Assembly (NCBI GenBank): GCA_031459915.1
Contig: JAVKHO010000003.1
Span: 64,001 to 128,000 of the forward strand
Source: Candidatus Tepidifontimicrobium thermophilum
GTDB taxonomy: Bacteria > Sysuimicrobiota > Sysuimicrobiia > Sysuimicrobiales > Sysuimicrobiaceae
DNA length: 64,000 bases
Direction of reading: 5' to 3'
Shown: in pieces, positions 60,237 through 64,000 of the stretch
Layout of the letters: every line of letters begins with the position of its first letter
Numbering within the stretch: position 1 is the first letter of the stretch
Notes under the pieces: model-generated
Seen by the model: only the letters and a program-made list of their open reading frames with translations
Database searches by the model: none
What the model was told of the DNA's origin: nothing
Program-made: the position numbers and the translations under genes

Positions 60237-60414
60237 GACCTTCGGGGCAGGGTGAGGGGGCCGCACGGTCCCCGATTCCCGACCGGCGGTAGGCGCCGGC
60301 CAGGGCCGGCGCGAGCCCGCGACCCGCGCACGGTCTGCGGCGCGGTGGACTCCGGTGGCGGCTCCTGGGGAGCCCAGTCCGGGGCCGACGGTACAGTCCG
60401 GATGGGAGGAGGTC
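60237..60414 (+). ncRNA. FMN riboswitch (RFN element)
   Basis: CUUCGGGGCAGGGUGA..AUUCCCGACCGGCGGU..AGCCCGCGA..CCGACGGUACAGUCCGGAUGGGAG; upstream TGGTACAAT at 60211; precedes the rib operon. Confidence 0.95.
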
Positions 60415-60560
60415 GCCAGACTACGCCGGGCGTGCCGGCGTCTCGCCGTGCCACAGGAGCGGTGGGAGGCCGTGGAAGCGCGTCCGGCGGCGGGTCCCGG
60501 ACGCAGGAGCCGGTGCCGGCTGACTTTCCCTTGGCGCCCGGAGGTCTTACCTCCGGGCGT

Positions 60561-61673
60561 ATGCGTTTACAGGACGTCTTCTGGATGCGGCGGGCGCTGC
60601 AGCTCGCTTGCCTGGGCCGGGGCCGCACCAGCCCCAACCCCACGGTGGGCGCGGTGGTGGTGCGGGACGGGGTGGAGGTGGGCTGCGGCTACCACCGCGC
60701 GGCGGGAGGGCCCCACGCGGAGGCGGAAGCTCTCGCGCGGGCGGGCGAACTGGCGCGCGGAGCCACCCTGTACGTGAACCTGGAACCCTGCGACCACCAC
60801 GGCCGGACCCCCCCGTGCACGGAAGCCGTCCTCGCAGCGGGTGTGCGCCGCTTGGTGGTGGCGATGGAAGATCCAGACCCGAGGGTACGGGGACGAGGAA
60901 TCCGGCGGCTGCGTGAGGCCGGGGTGGAGGTCGCGGTGGGCGTGCTCGAGGAGGAAGCCCGGCGCCTGAACGCCGCGTACGTAAAGCACCGGACCACCGG
61001 GCTCCCGTGGGTGACCTGCAAGTGGGCCATGTCCGTGGACGGCCGCATCGCCACCCGCACAGGCGCCTCACGGTGGATCACGGGGCCGCAGGCCCGGGAA
61101 TACGCACACCGCCTGCGGGACTACCACGACGCCGTCCTCGTGGGCTGCGGGACCGCGCTGCGCGACGACCCCGCCCTCACGTGCCGCCTCCCCGGCGGCC
61201 GTGACCCCCTGCGGGTCGTGGTGGACAGCGGGGCGCACCTGCCGCCGGAGGCCAGGATGCTGCGGGAGGGGAGTTCGCCGGTGGTGGTGGCGACCACCCC
61301 TCGCGCGGACCCCACCCGGGCCGAGCGGCTGAGGCGTGCAGGCGCGGAGGTGTGGGTATGCGAGCCGGATGCAGGCGGCGTGTCCCTGCGCGACCTGTTG
61401 CGCAGGCTCGCCCACCGTGGGGTGCTGAGCGTGCTCGCAGAGGGCGGCAGTGCCTTGCACGCCTCGCTGTTGCAGGCGGGCCTCGTGGACCGGCTGGTAG
61501 CCTTCGTGGCCCCGGTGGTGGTGGGAGGACGAGGAGCACCCGGGCCTGTCTCCGGGCAGGGCGTGTCGGAGCTCGTGCACGCCCTCCGGCTGGAGGAGGT
61601 GACGGTGCGCCGGTTCGGCCCGGACCTGTGCGTGGAAGGCGATGTGCGCGGCCGTCTAGCGGTGGAGGGTTGA
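60561..61673 (+). CDS. ribD: Bifunctional riboflavin deaminase/reductase
   Basis: PNPTVG, HAE, LEPC..TPPC, SVDGRIA, EGG; start approximate. Confidence 0.95.
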   Translation: MRLQDVFWMRRALQLACLGRGRTSPNPTVGAVVVRDGVEVGCGYHRAAGGPHAEAEALARAGELARGATLYVNLEPCDHHGRTPPCTEAVLAAGVRRLVVAMEDPDPRVRGRGIRRLREAGVEVAVGVLEEEARRLNAAYVKHRTTGLPWVTCKWAMSVDGRIATRTGASRWITGPQAREYAHRLRDYHDAVLVGCGTALRDDPALTCRLPGGRDPLRVVVDSGAHLPPEARMLREGSSPVVVATTPRADPTRAERLRRAGAEVWVCEPDAGGVSLRDLLRRLAHRGVLSVLAEGGSALHASLLQAGLVDRLVAFVAPVVVGGRGAPGPVSGQGVSELVHALRLEEVTVRRFGPDLCVEGDVRGRLAVEG

Positions 61674-62254
61674 GTGTTCACAGGGATCGTGGAGGAAGTC
61701 GGAAGGGTAGCGTGGCGACGGGGGAACCGCCTTCGGCTGGAAGCCCGGGGAGTGCTGCGCGGGCTGCGGCCGGGCGACAGCGTGGCGGTGGACGGGGTGT
61801 GCCTGACCGCGGCGTACGTGGACCGGTCCGGCTTTGAGGCCGACCTGGGCCCCGCGACCCTGAAGCGCACCACCCTGGGCCAGCGGAAAGCGGGGGATCC
61901 GGTGAACCTGGAACGTCCCGTGCGCTTGCCGCAGCGGCTGGGAGGACACCTGGTCCAGGGGCACGTGGACGCGGTGGGGCGGGTGAAGTGGGTACGGCCG
62001 GACGGGCAGGCGCGGTGGATGGAGGTGGCTGCACCGACCAGCGTCCTGCGGTACCTCGTGGAGCGAGGGTCCGTTGCGGTGGACGGTGTGAGCCTCACCG
62101 TGGCGGCCGTGACGTCCCGCAGCTTCCGCGTCTGCCTGATCCCGCAGACCCTGCAGCGCACCACCCTGGGCCTGCGCGGCCCGGGCGACCCGGTGAACCT
62201 GGAGGTGGACGTGCTGGCGAAATACGTGGAGCGGCTGCTGGGGGGGATCCGGCG

Positions 62255-62258
<4 letters not shown>
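61674..62258 (+). CDS. ribE: Riboflavin synthase
   Basis: MFTGIVEE, GVCLT, GGHLVQGHVD, VNLE. Confidence 0.96.
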
Positions 62259-63470
<1,212 letters not shown>

Positions 63471-63490
<20 letters not shown>

Positions 63491-63953
63491 GGGATCCCTG
63501 GACGGCCGTGGACTGCGGGTGGGCGTGGTGGCCAGCCGGTTCAACGAAGCCACCACGCGGTTGCTCGTGGAGGGAGCCCTGGACGGGCTCCGCCGGTGCG
63601 GGGTCGAGGAGGTGGACGTGGCTTGGGTCCCCGGGGCGTTCGAGATCCCTCTGGTGGCCGCCCGGCTAGCACGCTGCGGCCGCTACGACGCGGTGGTGTG
63701 CGTGGGCGCGGTGGTGCGCGGGCAGACTCCCCACTTCGAGTACGTAGCCGGCCACAGCGCGGCCGGCATCGCCCGGGCGGCGCTGGATAGCGGCGTTCCC
63801 GTGCTGTACGGGGTGGTGACCGCGGACGACCCGCAGCAGGCAGCCGAGCGGGCGGGCGGGAAGGCCGGGAACCGGGGCCGCGACGCAGCCCTGGCCGCGG
63901 TGGAGATGGCCACCCTCCTGCGCCAGCTCCGCGCCGAGGTGGAGGCGGGCTAG
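63471..63953 (+). CDS. ribH: Lumazine synthase
   Basis: SRFN, VPGAFEIP, RGQTPHFEYV, ERAGGKAGN. Confidence 0.96.
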
Positions 63954-64000
63954 CGGGAGGTCTCGCCGAGGATCTCCCGAGCCACCTCCCGCATGGGGCG
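63950..64000 (-). CDS. 3' end of a probable second ANTAR-domain protein (partial)
   Basis: RPMREVAREILGETSR*, compared with RPMREVAQAVL in the REC-ANTAR protein. Confidence 0.55.
   Translation of the reverse strand, partial: RPMREVAREILGETSR

Noticed and set aside
59858..60560. N-terminal extensions of gltB (to 60142) and ribD (from 60252) in the ORF track
   Set aside because: They run through riboswitches and promoters; downstream starts match family N-termini

Overview
High-GC bacterial chromosomal window with no integrase, transposase or CRISPR array; the taxon cannot be assigned from the sequence alone. From left to right it holds: (1) a CoxL/G/M-like molybdenum hydroxylase operon cut by the left edge, a GAF-GGDEF cyclase and an M3 peptidase; (2) a ~19 kb organic-acid catabolic block (Fe-S hydro-lyase alpha/beta, acyl-CoA dehydrogenase, family III CoA-transferase, MaoC hydratase, TAXI-TRAP, ICL/PEP-mutase-family enzyme, PdxA-like, MmgE/PrpD, tartrate/D-malate dehydrogenase, TctCBA, SDR, split AbrB) ending beside tRNA-Ala(TGC); (3) P5C dehydrogenase, a PlmA-like GntR, a DEAD-box helicase with an SD-sequestering leader, a GNAT plus NSAR/OSBS pair, tRNA-Ser(TGA), a peptide ABC transporter, a LarE-like PP-loop protein, an S8 lipoprotein protease and a 5'-truncated Hsp20; (4) the housekeeping block mfd-prsA-mazG-S4-eno-SLT-ftsB; (5) a nitrogen-assimilation cluster gltB / REC-ANTAR regulator / amt / 35-aa membrane sORF / glnA; (6) an FMN riboswitch followed by ribD-ribE-ribBA-ribH, and the 3' tail of a probable second ANTAR protein at the right edge. 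The most notable system is the nitrogen cluster, which appears to be controlled at the RNA level. gltB sits behind a ykkC-family riboswitch with ppGpp-type features. The regulator, amt and glnA leaders together carry five copies of a GGC-C(A/G)(C/G)GAC-GCC hexaloop hairpin, each overlapping its own terminator, which points to non-canonical ANTAR antitermination. A small membrane-protein ORF missing from the ORF track directly follows amt, and no PII gene accompanies amt in the window.
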